Numbered from the stretch's first letter, positions 12,311 to 25,409 are shown. The stretch: 64,000 nucleotides of DNA from Balamuthia mandrillaris (GCA_031835245.2 JAVKOQ020000035.1:124001-188000), one strand, 5' to 3'. Program-made: numbers and translations. Notes: generated from the letters alone by a model not told the origin.

Positions 12311-13154
12311 TTATTTCGTTGATGACGTAGAACTGGTGGTGGTTGTCCTCCTCCGCACGATTCTTCCAAAACACCCGTCTCCCTCATCCCAGCTGTGTTT
12401 TCCTTTCTCCTTGCCTCGTCCTGCCGTAAAGCTCCACAAAACCAAGAAGCATCTGTCCACAAACAATAAGAACAACAACAAGCCCATGAAAGTGTATCCT
12501 ATCCCTTTCAACACCATCAATTCGTAGTTCGCCACGGACTCGCTCAACTGGCAAGATGGAAGGCGCTCCGCGTTGATGAAGAGACAGCGAAGGTATTCTT
12601 CATAGCCAGAAGTGATGTCCTCCTCGTGGAGTGTGTAGTTCATCTCGTAGGCAAACTGACATATCCAACATACCAGAAAGAGGAGAATGAAGATCATGAG
12701 ACGAAGATATGTTCGTAAAACCTTTGCACGGCTTTGAGGGGACTGGAGAGCGGTCCGAATGAGGATGGAGGAAGAGAAGAGGAAGAGGCAAAATGAGAGG
12801 AAGATGCAAAAAGAGACGGGCAGGAACCAGAAGAGGATCCGCCAAATACCGTCGTCTTCATGCGAGATGAAGCACCTGTTTAATCGGTGTTAACCACAGG
12901 GAAGGGAACAGAAGACCCAACAAAGGAAAGAGACTTAAAGGGAATCACAGGAGACAAGATAGAACAAGATACTTAGCATACATACATAGAAGAACCAGGA
13001 GGGAAGGCGTATTTGTCAGCAGCAGCAGGGATCAGCATGGAGATAAAAGGCAGAGCCCATCCCATGCAGTGATAACCAATCATTCTCACACGGACCAACC
13101 GTCCGTTTATCTTTGTTGCAAACGTAACCTGGCAAAGGTTTTGTCAGAATGTTG

Positions 13155-13202
<48 letters not shown>

Positions 13203-15657
13203 TATGATACCTCCAGGAATAGATTGAGAGTGACAAAGAAACACCATATGGACATTCCCATAAACCCAAAGTGCAGCAACACTCCTGAATTTTATAAACG
13301 TTGTAAGCGGTAAGATAGAGACATATGGAGGGGAGAGAGAGAGAGAGAGAGAAAAGGATAGAGAGAAGAGTTAACAATAGCAACAAACCTTGAAATGTGC
13401 ACAGTCCACTTTTCGCCGACAAACTCTCCATGTCAAACTCCACCGTGGCAACTTCCACTTCCATAGTAACATCCGGAGTAAACACCTCATCTCCGCACCA
13501 AACTTCGTCGTAGCCAGCCACTAAAGGGACGATCATGGCCCACGCCGCAATGTGAGCACATATGCCCACCATCAGCACCAAGTTAGCGGGAAAGGATCTC
13601 AAACTTGGGCTCATCAAGAATGCTGCTATCAACAGAATGCTGCCAAGCTGAAAAGTGGAGATTTTTTCGAGCTTAGTTCCAGAAATAAGAACGAGAAGGA
13701 GTGGAAGGAGATAGAAAAAGCGAGAGGAGAAAGAGGATAAAGGGAGACGATGAAAGAGAAAGGGATATATCCAAACAGAAAGAAAATGGAAGGACGGCCT
13801 GAATAGGACGCGAGAGCGGAATGAAAGGATAACGAAGAAAGAAATATACCCAAGATAACACGCCGAGAACGCTCTGCATGATATGAATCGTTTCGTACTG
13901 CTCGTCCGTCACACCAGGTGCCGGACAAGGCACCGCACATCTCTTCCCCGTAGATACCAGCTCTCCATCACAGGACACGGTGCTGTCCTCTACGTTCACT
14001 CTCAAACAAGCCAAGGTAGTTTGCCATCCGCTTTCTGAGTCCTCCCACAGGTAGGTTTCGTTCTGCCAGAAGGAAATGTTCCTTGCGTTGATGTCCGTCT
14101 CGTTGCATTCAAGCACCCCTCCTTCTTGTATCATTTCTCCTTCCGGAAGCCACATCGCTGCTCCTGGGAAGGCTACTTGACCGTCGCATTCCTCCACTGC
14201 AAGAATGACAACAAGGGGTGAGGATGCTACAAGTTAAAAACTGTGAAGGGAGAATGCGTACGAAAGCCTTTGCAGTCTTGGTGACACGGCATTACCGGTT
14301 GAGCTAACACTTCTAACAAATACTTCGTTAGAAGAGGAGCATGAACAGGGGAAGAGTAATGAAGAAGGAGCAAACGAGTCGTGAAAGAAGAAGGCAAGGG
14401 AAAAGGGACAGGAGGGAGAAGAAGAAGAAGAGGGAGAAGAAGAAGAACAAGAAGAACAAGAAGAACAAGAAGAACAAGAACAAGAACAAGAACAAGAACA
14501 AGAACAAGAAGAATGAGAAGAACAAGAAGAAGAAGAAGAACAAGAAGAAGAAGAAGAACAAGAACAAGAACAAGAACAAGAACAAGAATGAGAAGAAGAA
14601 GCGAAGAAGAACAAGACGAACAAGAAGAACAAGAAGAACAAGAACAAGAACAAGAACAAGAAGAAGAAGAAGAAGAATGAGAAGAACAAGAAGAACAAGA
14701 AGAAGAACAAGAACAAGAACAAGAACAAGAACAAGAATGAGAAGAAGAAGCGAAGAAGAACAAGACGAACAAGAAGAACAAGAAGAACAAGAACAAGAAC
14801 AAGAACAAGAACAAGAACAAGAAGAATGAGAAGAACAAGAAGAAGAAGAAGAAGAAGAAGAAGAAGAAGAAGAACAAGAACAAGAACAAGAACAAGAACA
14901 AGAATGAGAAGAAGAAGCGAAGAAGAACAAGACGAACAAGAAGAACAAGAAGAACAAGAACAAGAACAAGAACAAGAAGAAGAAGAAGAACAAGAAGAAG
15001 AAGAAGAAGAAGAAGAACAAGAAGAATGAGAAGAAGAAGAAGAAGAAGAAGAAGAAGAACAAGAAGAAGAACAAGAAGAAGAAGAAGAAGAAGAAGAACA
15101 AGAACAAGAACAAGAAGAAGAAGGAGAAGAAGCGGAAGAAGAAGAAGAAGAAGAAGAACAAGAAGAACAAGAAGAAAAAGAAGAAGAACATGAAGATGAA
15201 CAAGAAGAAGGGTGAACAAAAAACTGAACGCTTCACTAGTTACCATCACCGTTGACAATGCATGGTCGCAAAAAGGTGGAGCAAAGGGAGTTGAGCAGCA
15301 AGTCGCCACACCTTTCCGTCAACGTCGGCAGCCTAAGCAAACTGAGCTTCAACGTGCCTTCCAACCACAGCTCTTGCACCACGATGCTGTTCTGTACAAG
15401 CGTTCCATCCGGAAGCGGTACCTTCCTATCATCCACAAATATCAGGTCTCCTTCTGGAACAACAAAATGCTTGGTTGCTTAGAAAGAAGCGAAACGATAA
15501 AAATAGCGAACAAAGAAAGAAGCGCACCAGCCATTCCAGGAAACTGGGAACAAAAAGAAGCCCTGTTGCTCCGGGGTTGGCACGTCCCGCCATTGAAAGC
15601 GTACGAACAGGTGAAACCAGAAATAACGACCACTAAAAATACAATTGCACAACGCAT
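12311..15657 (-). CDS. Frizzled/Smoothened-like class F GPCR, tandem copy 2
   Basis: Same exon structure and motifs as copy 1 (MRCAIVFLVVV...FNGGTCQPRSNRASFCSQFPGMA; CAVPCP; LRSFPANLVL; CFISHEDDGIWRILFWFLP). Confidence 0.85.
14400..15210. repeat. About 800-bp intronic (AAG/AAC) compound microsatellite with higher-order repeat blocks
   Basis: Directly visible. The block aatgagaagaagaagcgaagaagaacaagacgaacaag recurs three times. Confidence 0.95.
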
Positions 15658-15927
15658 CTTTGTTGTTGCTTCAGCCCTTTTAGCGTTGAAGGAATACGTT
15701 TTGGCTGGTTGAAGTGGACCCAAGTTGTCTTTTTTAGTTCTTATTCGGCGTAATTATTGTTCTCCGGTATCGTTTATTTACACGGTATCTTTCATTTGAG
15801 GTTTCATATGAACAGGCAACATTACTGTCGACACCTAAATATTATCCTCCAATAAGAAATCAGAACGTGATCTTCGATCCAATGAAATCCAATAGAATAT
15901 CAGAGAATCCGTGCACCCGATCCCTGA

Positions 15928-16854
15928 TTAGCTGAACGTCTTGGTTGAGGAGGTGGTAGAGCTACTGGCAGTGGAGGAGGTCCAACGAAAGAGAATCCTG
16001 CCGAAGCACCCGTCCCCCTCGTCTTTCATTCCTCCTCCTCCTCCTCCTCCTCCGGATTTGCTGCTGCCTCTTCTCCTTCCTCCTTCGATGGTGGCCCATA
16101 AGACAAAGAAGCACCGGTCCACGAATAACAAGAACAGCAACAGGCCCACGAAAGTGTATCCTATCCCCTTCAGCACCATAAGCTCGTAGTTGGCTACCGT
16201 GTCGCTCAACTCGCACGAGTTTGTGGAGATCGGTTGAGCCGTGTTGTAAACATAGACACAATTCAGGTATTCTTCGTAGCCTGAGGTGATGTCCTCCTCG
16301 TGGAGGGTATAGTTTAACTCGTAGGCGAACTGGCAGATGCAACAGACCAGAAAGAGTAGGATGAAAACCATGAGCCGCAGATAGGTGCGCAATACTCGCG
16401 TTCGTCTTTGGGTGGATTGGAGGGCGGATCGCATGAGTATGACAGAGGAGAAGAGGAAGAAGCAGAGGGAGAGGAAGATGCAGAGCGAGACGGGCAGGAA
16501 CCAGAAGAGGATCCGCCAGATACCGTCGTCTTCATGCGATACAAAACACCTAAGAAGGAAGATAAGAGAACAAGATTATCGAACAACAAGTTTGTATCAG
16601 AACAAGAGCGGCTGCGAATGAGTGAAGCAGAGAGGACGCACAAAGAGGATCCAGGAGGAAAGGCATATTTGTCGGCGCCAGCGAGAATGATAATAAATAG
16701 CGTGGGTACAATCCAGCCAACGCAGTGATAGGCAGCCTCGCGTTTACATTTATGATGAGCGGTCAGACGAGTTGGAAAGGTGACCTATGTTTGGAGAAAA
16801 TGAGGAAGTGAGGCTTGAACACAAGCAGAGGAGGAGGAGGAGGAGGAGGAGGAG

Positions 16855-16901
<47 letters not shown>

Positions 16902-18166
16902 ACCTCCAAGAAAAGATTGAGAGTGACAAAGAAACACCAAATAGACATTCCTATAAACCCGAAGTGCAACAATACTCCTTTGGGAAAGTCAGCGCCACTC
17001 TATAACAACGTGATGAAGGAAGGAAAAGAAAACCTTGAAAGGTGCATAGCCCGCCTTTGGCCGACAGACTCTCCATGTCGAACTGAACGGTGGCTTCCTC
17101 CACTTGTGTGGTGACCGTAGGAGTGAACACGTCATTTCCGCACCAGGTCTCCTGGTAGCCAGCAAACAAAGCGATGAGCATGGCCCACGCTGCGATGTGA
17201 GCGCAGATGGCCACCATCAGCACCAGGTTTGCCGGAAAGGTACGCAGCCGAGTATCCAGAAAGAACGAGACTATCAATAGCAGGCTTCCAAACTAGTGTT
17301 TGATATAATTGAACTACGACTTGAGAAGAGGAAAGAGCAAAGATGCAAGAAGAAAGCAGACAGAAAAACCTTACCCAAGACAAAACGGCAAGCACACTTT
17401 GCATGATGTGAATATCGTCATACTGCGTCTCCGTAACGCCAGGAGCAGGACAAGGAACAGCACAACTTCTTCCGGAGGGCACCAACCGTCCGTGGCAGAG
17501 GGCTTTGCTCTCCGCAATGTTCACGCTCAAGCAGGTCAAGTTGGTTTGCCAGCCGCTCTCCGCGTCGGCATAGAGATAGGTAGGCTCCTCCCAGAAAGAA
17601 GCATTGCCAGCGTTGATGTCTCGTTCGAAGCAGTCCAGCAGGCCACCTTCTCGAATCATTTCGCCTTCTGGCAGCCACATGGCTCCCCCAAATGTGGTTA
17701 CTTGGCCTTGACATTCTTCCACTATTTTATTTCAAGGATGAAAAGCGGCGCAAGACGCAGACTGTTTTAGTGGAAGGAGAAAGCAAGTGCAGGATGCAAG
17801 AGGCGTACTATAGTCGAAGCAGATTTGACGACAGGGCATTACAGGATGAGGAATGTATTCTATTAAGAACTTTTTTCAGAGAGTGTGGGTGTTTGAAGAA
17901 TAACGAAAGCAAAATAACCAACCATCTCCTTGACGAATGCAAGGTCGCAGAAAGGTGGAGCACAAAGAATTCAGATAGGCATCAGCGCATTTACCTCTCA
18001 ACATGCCCCCTGCTATCCTCAGCAACGTCACCTTCAACGCACTCTCCAGGTATGTCTCCTGCACAAAGATGTTGTTGGGAATGGTAATGTTGCTGTTTGG
18101 TATTGGCACGTCACGGTCGTCCACAAAGACCATATCTCCTTCTGTGAAACAGAGAGCGAGCGAGCG

Positions 18167-18214
<48 letters not shown>

Positions 18215-18465
18215 GACGTGAGTGAGTGTGCAGAGAGAGAGAGAGAGAGAGAGAGAGCAGATAAATGCTAAGAGGTACAGAAGGACAGACAGGAGAGAAA
18301 GAAGAACAAACCAGCCATTCCAGGGAACTGAGAACAGAAGACAGCAAGGCTGTCGCTCCTGGGTCTGCACGTTCCACCGGCATAGACCTGGCTCGTCGAC
18401 CAGAACAGCTGCGTGGCCACGAAGAAGAGAAACAACACTCGCACTACTCTACAGCTCCACTCCAT
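15928..18465 (-). CDS. Frizzled/Smoothened-like class F GPCR, tandem copy 3
   Basis: Same exon structure (MEWSCRVVRVLFLFFVA...GGTCRPRSDSLAVFCSQFPGMA; LNSLCSTFLRPC; SCAVPCP; LRTFPANLVL; CFVSHEDDGIWRILFWFLP). Confidence 0.85.
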
Positions 18466-18940
18466 GCCTTCTTACAGTTATTGCTTTGATTAGTTTCAAA
18501 AATAAATACCAAAAAAAAAGGAGCCATAAGCTACACTTACGTTACAGGTTTAACCGGTGAAATTAGTGCGGCGCGCATCAACACCAACCCGACCGGACCT
18601 TTCATCATTTGCTGTAGCTGGAACACCAACCAAAAACAAACAAGAGTTTAATATAGGTTTGGATGGAATGCAGCTCGCGTCTTTTTGCGTGGATTTTTGT
18701 TATCAGCTATTAGCAACGCTATAATAAAACCATTTTTGGAAATTTTGTAAACAATATTGTTCAACATAATATATTTGACTAATATCGGTTGCACAACGTG
18801 ACCGAAAAAACTGCACAAATAGAGCACAAATAGGACAGCATTTTTTTTATTTTATTTCTATTTTATTTTTTATTTCTTTTTTTCATCTTTTTTTTTTAAA
18901 GTTTTTTGTTCTTTACTAGAAAAAGAGAGAGCAACAATCT

Positions 18941-21169
18941 TCAAGAAGGGACCACCACTACCACGACATAGCACGTGGCACCGCCCTTATGTTCCGACCT
19001 GATGCGCTTCAGCTGGATGAGAAACAGGATTACGGCTTTGCTCTTCACGCCTGAGAAGCAAGGTGAGAAAGAAGAGGAGAAGAAAACAAGGAGAGAGCGA
19101 CGGACCAAGGCTCCAACGATCCCTAAGGTCGCTCTCGCTAAACTGCAAGTCCTCGTCGGGTGGTTGGTTGGTGACGCCACCAAGCTGCTGTTGGAAGTGG
19201 AGGTTGATGTTGGCGATGGTACCGTTCAGCATCTCCAAACTCACCTGAGAGCGGAGATACGAAGGGCAAGCGAGATATTCACTCTCTGCCACGGGTTTCA
19301 TGAATGAAGGGGAGTGTGATGATGAAGAAGGTAAATCAGAAGAATAAGTAGAAGAAGAAGAGGGAGAAGAGAAAGAGGAAGAAGAAGAAGAGGGAGAAGA
19401 AGAACGATGGTGTGAGTCTTCGGGTGTTTTGAGAGAGGAAGAAGGCGGAGAAGTTGTCGCAGACGTTATTTGTGTTGATGAAGATGTTGATGAGGAGGAG
19501 GATAAGCTTTGAGAAGGAGTGGACGAGGAGCCAACAGACGATTTGTAGGAGGGAAGAGAGGCGAGAATGTTGGCTGTTGTCGATGAGAAGTTGGTCCATG
19601 TTGGCAAACTAGATGAAGAAGACAAAGAAGAAGATGTCAAAGATGAACATGTGGAAGAAGGCGGAGTGAGTGACAAGGAAGAGGTAGAGGCAGACAGTGA
19701 CGGCTGCGTACACAAGGATAGCGAAGAGGAGACGGAAGAAGTAAGAGAAGCAACAGAAGCAGCAGAAGAAGAAGAAAGAGATGAGGAAGAAGAGGACGTT
19801 GGAATAGAGGGAAAAGAAGAAGAGGAAGAAGAGAGGGTAAGTGTGGATGAAGATATAGAGTTAAATTGAGGCTTGTTAATGGAGGTATCTTGGGGCAAAG
19901 AATTAGAAAGAGATGAAGTAGACTTTGAAGAGGAGTACGACTGTAGCAAAGATAGGTATGAAGAAGACGAAGATACAGCAGCTGGGGCATTTGTCTCCAT
20001 CGTTATTTCCTTCTTTGCTCTTTCTTCTCTTCCCTGCAAAACGTGATTAGGTTTCTGGTCTGCCTTTCCAAGGTGCAGTTCTTCTTCTTCTTCCTCATCT
20101 TCTTTAACCTCATCTTCCGTCTTCTGGTACGACAACGGTGTTGCTGACGCCCTTGCAGGTGCAAGCGATGCTGTGCATTCTTCCTTTTCATTTGATTTGC
20201 GAAGAGCTGCAGTTGGAGGTGTTAGCTGTGATTGTTGTTGCGAAGGTCCACTAGTTTGTGCTGTTGAAGCTGTTGCTGTTGATAACGATGGCGCTAACAC
20301 GGATGAAGAGGGCAGTTGTGATGAGGCTTTTGAAGCAGCGGCTTGTTCCTCTAATATAGCAAAGTGAGTAACAAAACAGGAAGCAAAGCAGGAAGAGAAA
20401 GAGTGTGAGAGAGCGAGAGCGAGAGAACAGATAACCGAAGAAGACGGAAGAGAATAGAAGAGAGGAGGGGGATGGATGAAGGAATACCCATTCTTGCAAT
20501 GACTGCCAGTGCTGAAGCGGAGAGACCCAATCCCTCCAGGCCACCAGCAGCAGAAGAGGAAGTAGAAAATGAAGTACTGCTAGTGGGGTAAGAAGAGGCG
20601 GAGGAGGACGACGAAACGGTTGGTGGCGGATAAGCAGAGTAAGGTGCTGCGGGGGAATGATGAGCCCTTGGTGCAGCCACGTCCGCTCCTCCACCGCCGC
20701 CAGGCGCAATAGATAGCCTCGGTTGAGAAGGAGGTTCGAGGTCAAAGTCATCATCCGGTTGAGCGCCGTCAAAGGTAGAGGCAGAGAAAGCGGAGGCGGA
20801 GGAGGACCAAGGCTGATAGTGTGGATCGTGCTCTTGCAGGCGGGCTTCGAGCTGACCCCTCTCCTCCTCGTTTTGATAGTACAAAGCGTAGCACTGCTCC
20901 AAGATCTCGCTAAAGGTAAGGCTGTTGAGCGCGCGCTCCTTCATCTCCTCCACCTCCCACCGCAGCTCGCTGACGTCCTCCCGCAGCTCGTTGAGGAGGG
21001 CGGAGGAGTAGCCGCCCTCCTTGGCCGACAGAGGGGGCAGCTCCACGCTGGCCCTCATCTCCCGGCTGGCCTGTTCCACATGCTCCCCAAACGACTTGAA
21101 GGAGCGGAAGAAGGTGGAGATCTTGGACTGAAGCAAGGCGGAGGCGACCCCATCCAAAGCCGTTGTCAT
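18941..21169 (-). CDS. SKA3: Spindle and kinetochore-associated protein 3-like (Ska complex)
   Basis: N-terminal coiled coil ending LTFSEILEQCYALYYQNEEERGQLEARLQ, then LGLSASALAVIA, a long Ser-rich linker, and C-terminal VAESEYLACPSYLRSQVSLEMLN..I..IN...LG|VKSKAVILFLIQLKRI. This resembles plant/protist Ska3 as I recall it. Confidence 0.65.
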
Positions 21170-22761
21170 TTCTCTTGGTGAAAGGTTTTTTTTTTTTCTT
21201 ATGGAAGCGACCAGCTTTGCATGATTGTAGTGGATTGAATAAAAAAAGGCGGGAAATGAAATTTCGAGTATTTCAAACATTTCTGATTGTTGATTCGTTG
21301 ATGGGCCGGAAAAAATAACAAATAGCCTCCAAAAAAAAAAACCACAAAATAATATTAACCCAAAAGAAAAAAAAAAGGCGAATTTTTTTTTCTTCTTTCT
21401 CGCCTACCATTACCACCCGAGCCACACCAAGCCGTAACACGCCTCTCTCTCCTTCTCCTTCTCGTCCGGTACGTTTCTTCTTCTCTCCCTCTGTTGCCTC
21501 TTTTTTTCCCCCTTCCCGTTGTCGTCTCCTCCCTTCTCGTCCAATAAGTTATTTTTTGGTTTGTTAGCTCCTCGATAAAAAAAAATTATTTTTTGTTTGC
21601 ATAATTTATTAACGCTATTTGTTTATTTATTTATTTTTTGCGGTTTTCCTTTCATTATTATCTTTATCATTCATTTGGTGGTTGCGTAGGCTCCCCCTCT
21701 TTGTTGTTCAACGCAACACCCTCGGTGTCACCGCTTTTTTTTTTCTCTCTCTCTCTCTCTCCGCAGACCGGCCATTATTTAATTTTTTTTTTTCGTCTGT
21801 TGCTTCGAAGAAGTAGTAATAGTAGCGACGAGAAGAAAGGGGAGGAGGAAGAAGAAGAAGCACCGGGTTTTTTTTTTCTCCTTCCTTGGCGGTAGAGGCT
21901 TCTCTGTTTGATTGAACCCACAAAAAAAGGTTTGTATTTTGTGTAGAACGACGATTCGATTTTTTTCGTTTGTTTTGCTACTTTTTTTTTATATCGATTC
22001 TTTCTTTTGTATCCGCTACTTTTTTTTTGTGCACGATCAAGTGTGGTGCGAAAAAAGATGATGGAAAGAAAGAAGAGGCAATTTTTTTTTCTCCCCCTTT
22101 TTTTTCCTGCCACCTCGCAGCAGACCAAAAGAAAGATAGACGATTATTGACGTTGGTGAACGACGGTTTTCTTTATTTTTTTTGTTTGTTTGTTCATCAC
22201 AGTCGAAGAAGAAGAACAAGAAGAGTTAGCAGAGTTACACTTAAATTATTTATTTTTTTGTGGGCGGTTTAAAAGTCTGATTAATTTTTTTTTTCGATTT
22301 TCTTCTTCGTTAATATACCCAATTGATTGATTGGGTTGGTAACGTACGATTCCAAATTTTTGTTTTAATGTTGATTCGATTTCGATTTCCACCTTTTTGT
22401 TTCCCCTTCTCTCTCTGCTGAAGGGCTGGTGGTGTGATGATTACATTTTCGCTTTTTCCCCCCTCTCTGTTTTACAATCATTAGTAACTCTTTTCACAAA
22501 AGCAGAGGGAAAGCCAAATAATCGTCGCCGGTTGTAACATAATCACACCCCAAGTGGGCGGTTTCTTTTTTTAAATATATTTTTGTAAGGCTGAAAGAAG
22601 GTACTTGGTCTCGCCATCTTTTGATTCAGAACAGTTTTTCTCTCCTCTCCTCTCCTCTCCTCTCCTCTCCTCTCCTCTTCCCCTCTCCTCTCTTCTCTCC
22701 CTTGTCTTTCTTTTTAACAAACAAATTAATAAAGAAACAGATAAGCGCGCACACAGAAACA

Positions 22762-24689
22762 ATGTCAGATACAAAAGGAACGCCAAAGAAGGAGAGGGCT
22801 TCTGCCTCCTCCAGCAAGAAGAAGAACAAAGGAGTGCTTGAGGAGAAGGTCCGCATCTCCACCTACATTAACCCGGAAACGGGCGATACGGAGCTCAAGG
22901 CCGGTTCCATCGAAGGAATCGTGATCTGGCTTTTGGAGCACGTCAGCGCTAACACAAAGAAAGAACCCAAGAAACGTATGGTTCCCCCTTCCTATTCCCC
23001 TTCCTCCTTTTTCTCTTCCTCAGAAACGATTAACATAAATATAAAGCTGAGCGAAGGGACTCTGATGTGGCCACTATCGGAGGTTTTGGCTTTGGTGCTG
23101 TGGATGGGATGGAAGAACAGAGGAAGAGGATCATCGATCATAACGAGCATATGTTGCACGTGTTCATCGTTTCGTACAGACAATTCGTGTCCCCTACCGA
23201 CTTTTTCTCTATCCTTGTCAACCGTTTCAAGACCGTCAAGGAGAAGGAGAGTCGATTGGCGTACGTTTCTTCTCTTTGTTGTCTATGCTTTTTTTGTCAG
23301 CTTTCTTTCTGATCGTTTACCCTTTCAATAACAACTATAGTGTATTAAAAATGTTGGGCGTTTGGTTGGACAAATATATGGCCCGTGATTTCTTTTTCCA
23401 CGACAAGGGCAACCGCCTCTTCGACCAGCTGCTCAAGTTCATTGACAGCATGGTAGAGATGGGCTACCAAGAGGAGGGCAACAAGCTCAAACTGCTCATC
23501 CTCAGGATCAAGGCCGGACTGCACGACAGCGGTCGCCCTCGCCTCTTGGCCGCCTCCATGATCACCCCCATTCTTCGAAACAGGACGGCCGAGGACAAAG
23601 GCTCCAAGGCATTGGAGCGCTCTACCTCCTCGGGCGACCTAGAAACCCTTGGCGACAGTGCTGCGGGCGATGACGCCTACAAGAAGTTCTCACTCTGCGA
23701 AATGCCGTTGGTAGAGCTGGCGGAGCAGCTCACCCTCATCGAACTGCAGATGTTCAGGGCCATTCGGGAGAGGGAGTTCTTGAACTTGAACTGGAAGAAG
23801 CCGGAGAACAAGAGGAACTCTAGGCACGTTGTAAAAATGGTAGAGAGGTTCAACAAGGTGAGCTATTGGGTGGCCACGCGAATCGTCCGAGAGACAGACC
23901 TCAAGAGACGAACATCTCTTGTGAAGAGGTTTATCATTCTTGCAGAGGTATAGCTAACTCTTTTTTTTTTTTTTGCTTTTATTTTTTATGGAACTGACCT
24001 TTTTCTTTATGTTTTCTATGAAAAAAAAAAAGAAATGCGCTGAATTGAACAACTTTAATACGTTGATGGAAGTGTTGGCCGGCCTCAATCTTCATCCTGT
24101 ACAAAGATTGAAACAGACCTGGAGTGTATGTTTTTTTCTTCTTTTGTCCTTTTATTCTTTCATGTATTGACGACAACCAACCAACTTGCCCTTTTGTTAT
24201 AACAGAACTTATCACCAAAATATCAAGAATCGATGAAGAACCTCGAGGCGTTGATGGAGAACAAACATAACTACAAGAACTACAGAGACCGACTGAACTA
24301 CATTAAGGAAATCGGTCAGCCTACTCTGCCTTATCTCGGTACCTTTCTTCCCCCTACTATCTTTTTCCTTCTCTTCTCTCCTTTTGCTTCTTCGTTCCTT
24401 TGGCGCTAACAAATATTAAAAAAAAGGTGTTTACTTGAGAGATTTGACCTTCATCGAAGAAGGCAACAACACTATCAGTGAGGACGGCCTGGTCAACTAC
24501 GAGAAGATCCAGCTCATCGGAGAGGTCATCCGCGAGGTGCAGTACTTCCAGGCCCACTCGGTCTACACGGACTTGGTGCCGGCCACCACCCCGACCACCG
24601 TCAAGTACCTCAAGAAGCTGAGGGGCCTCAAGACCGACCAGTTGGACGAGAAGTCCAAGGAGTGCGAACCTCCTCGCAATCCTCAGTAA
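22762..24689 (+). CDS. Ras guanine nucleotide exchange factor (REM + CDC25 domain)
   Basis: ELKAGSIEGIVIWL, FIVSYRQFVSPTDFFSILVNRF, VLKMLGVWLDKY, ELAEQLTLIELQMFRAI...ERFNKVSYWVA...LNNFNTLMEVLAGL..PVQRLKQTW...[20 protein letters not shown]. Confidence 0.93.
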
Positions 24690-25223
24690 AACAAAAACGA
24701 AAACGAAAACAGAAACAAAGAACAAAAAAAAAGGAGGAGGACCAGAAGAGCGGAGAGGAGGAGGAACAACACAACCCCTCTTTTTTTTTTTCTTCACCTT
24801 CTCTCTTTTTCTTTTTTTTTATTATTATTTTGTGTGTGTTGTAGCCGTTCATTATTTTTTAAAAAAATTGCACCTGTTACTTTTTTTTTCAACTCAAAAG
24901 CCAACTATTTTTTTTTTGTTGTTGTTGTTTGCGATGGGGACCTTTTTGTCTTTGTTTGTAGCAGCGAATAAAGTTGGTGTCGACAAAATGTACGAAATCT
25001 CCACGAAACAAAGAAAACCCAACGATTTTCACCTATCGAAATTCGAACGAAAATCGGAAAGTGAAACCCCGCCAGGGGACTTTTCTCCCAGTTTTCACCC
25101 GTTCTGCAGCCGCTTGGCAGGGAACGGAGAAAAACCGGAAATCAGAAACCAGGAATGGAGAGAGTCCGTGCCACTCACTACTTTTTTTATTTTGGTTTCG
25201 CAGTGCGTTCTTTCCCTCCCCAA

Positions 25224-25238
25224 AATATATATATAAAA
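25224..25238 (+). promoter_or_regulatory. TATA-like element upstream of Hsp70
   Basis: aatatatatataaaa about 180 bp upstream of the Hsp70 ATG, followed by an A/C-rich leader. Confidence 0.5.
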
Positions 25239-25409
25239 ATTACTTTTCGGACTTTGTCATTTCCTCTCTTCAACAAAACAACAACAACACACACTACTCA
25301 CACAAAGAGAAAAAAAACAGTAGTTAGTCACTGCAGTTTTTTTTTTTGTTTGTCTTTCTTTCTATTTATTTTCTCTATTTATTTCACTACACAAAACACA
25401 ACACACAAA

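Noticed and set aside
14227..15309. Long poly-Leu/Phe/Lys/Arg ORFs (also 8871-10018, 45763-46299, 54425-55111 and others)
   Set aside because: They are translations of stop-free intronic microsatellites, not proteins.
25030..25155. Heat shock element upstream of Hsp70
   Set aside because: There are many GAA/TTC triplets, but not in canonical nGAAnnTTCnnGAAn spacing.
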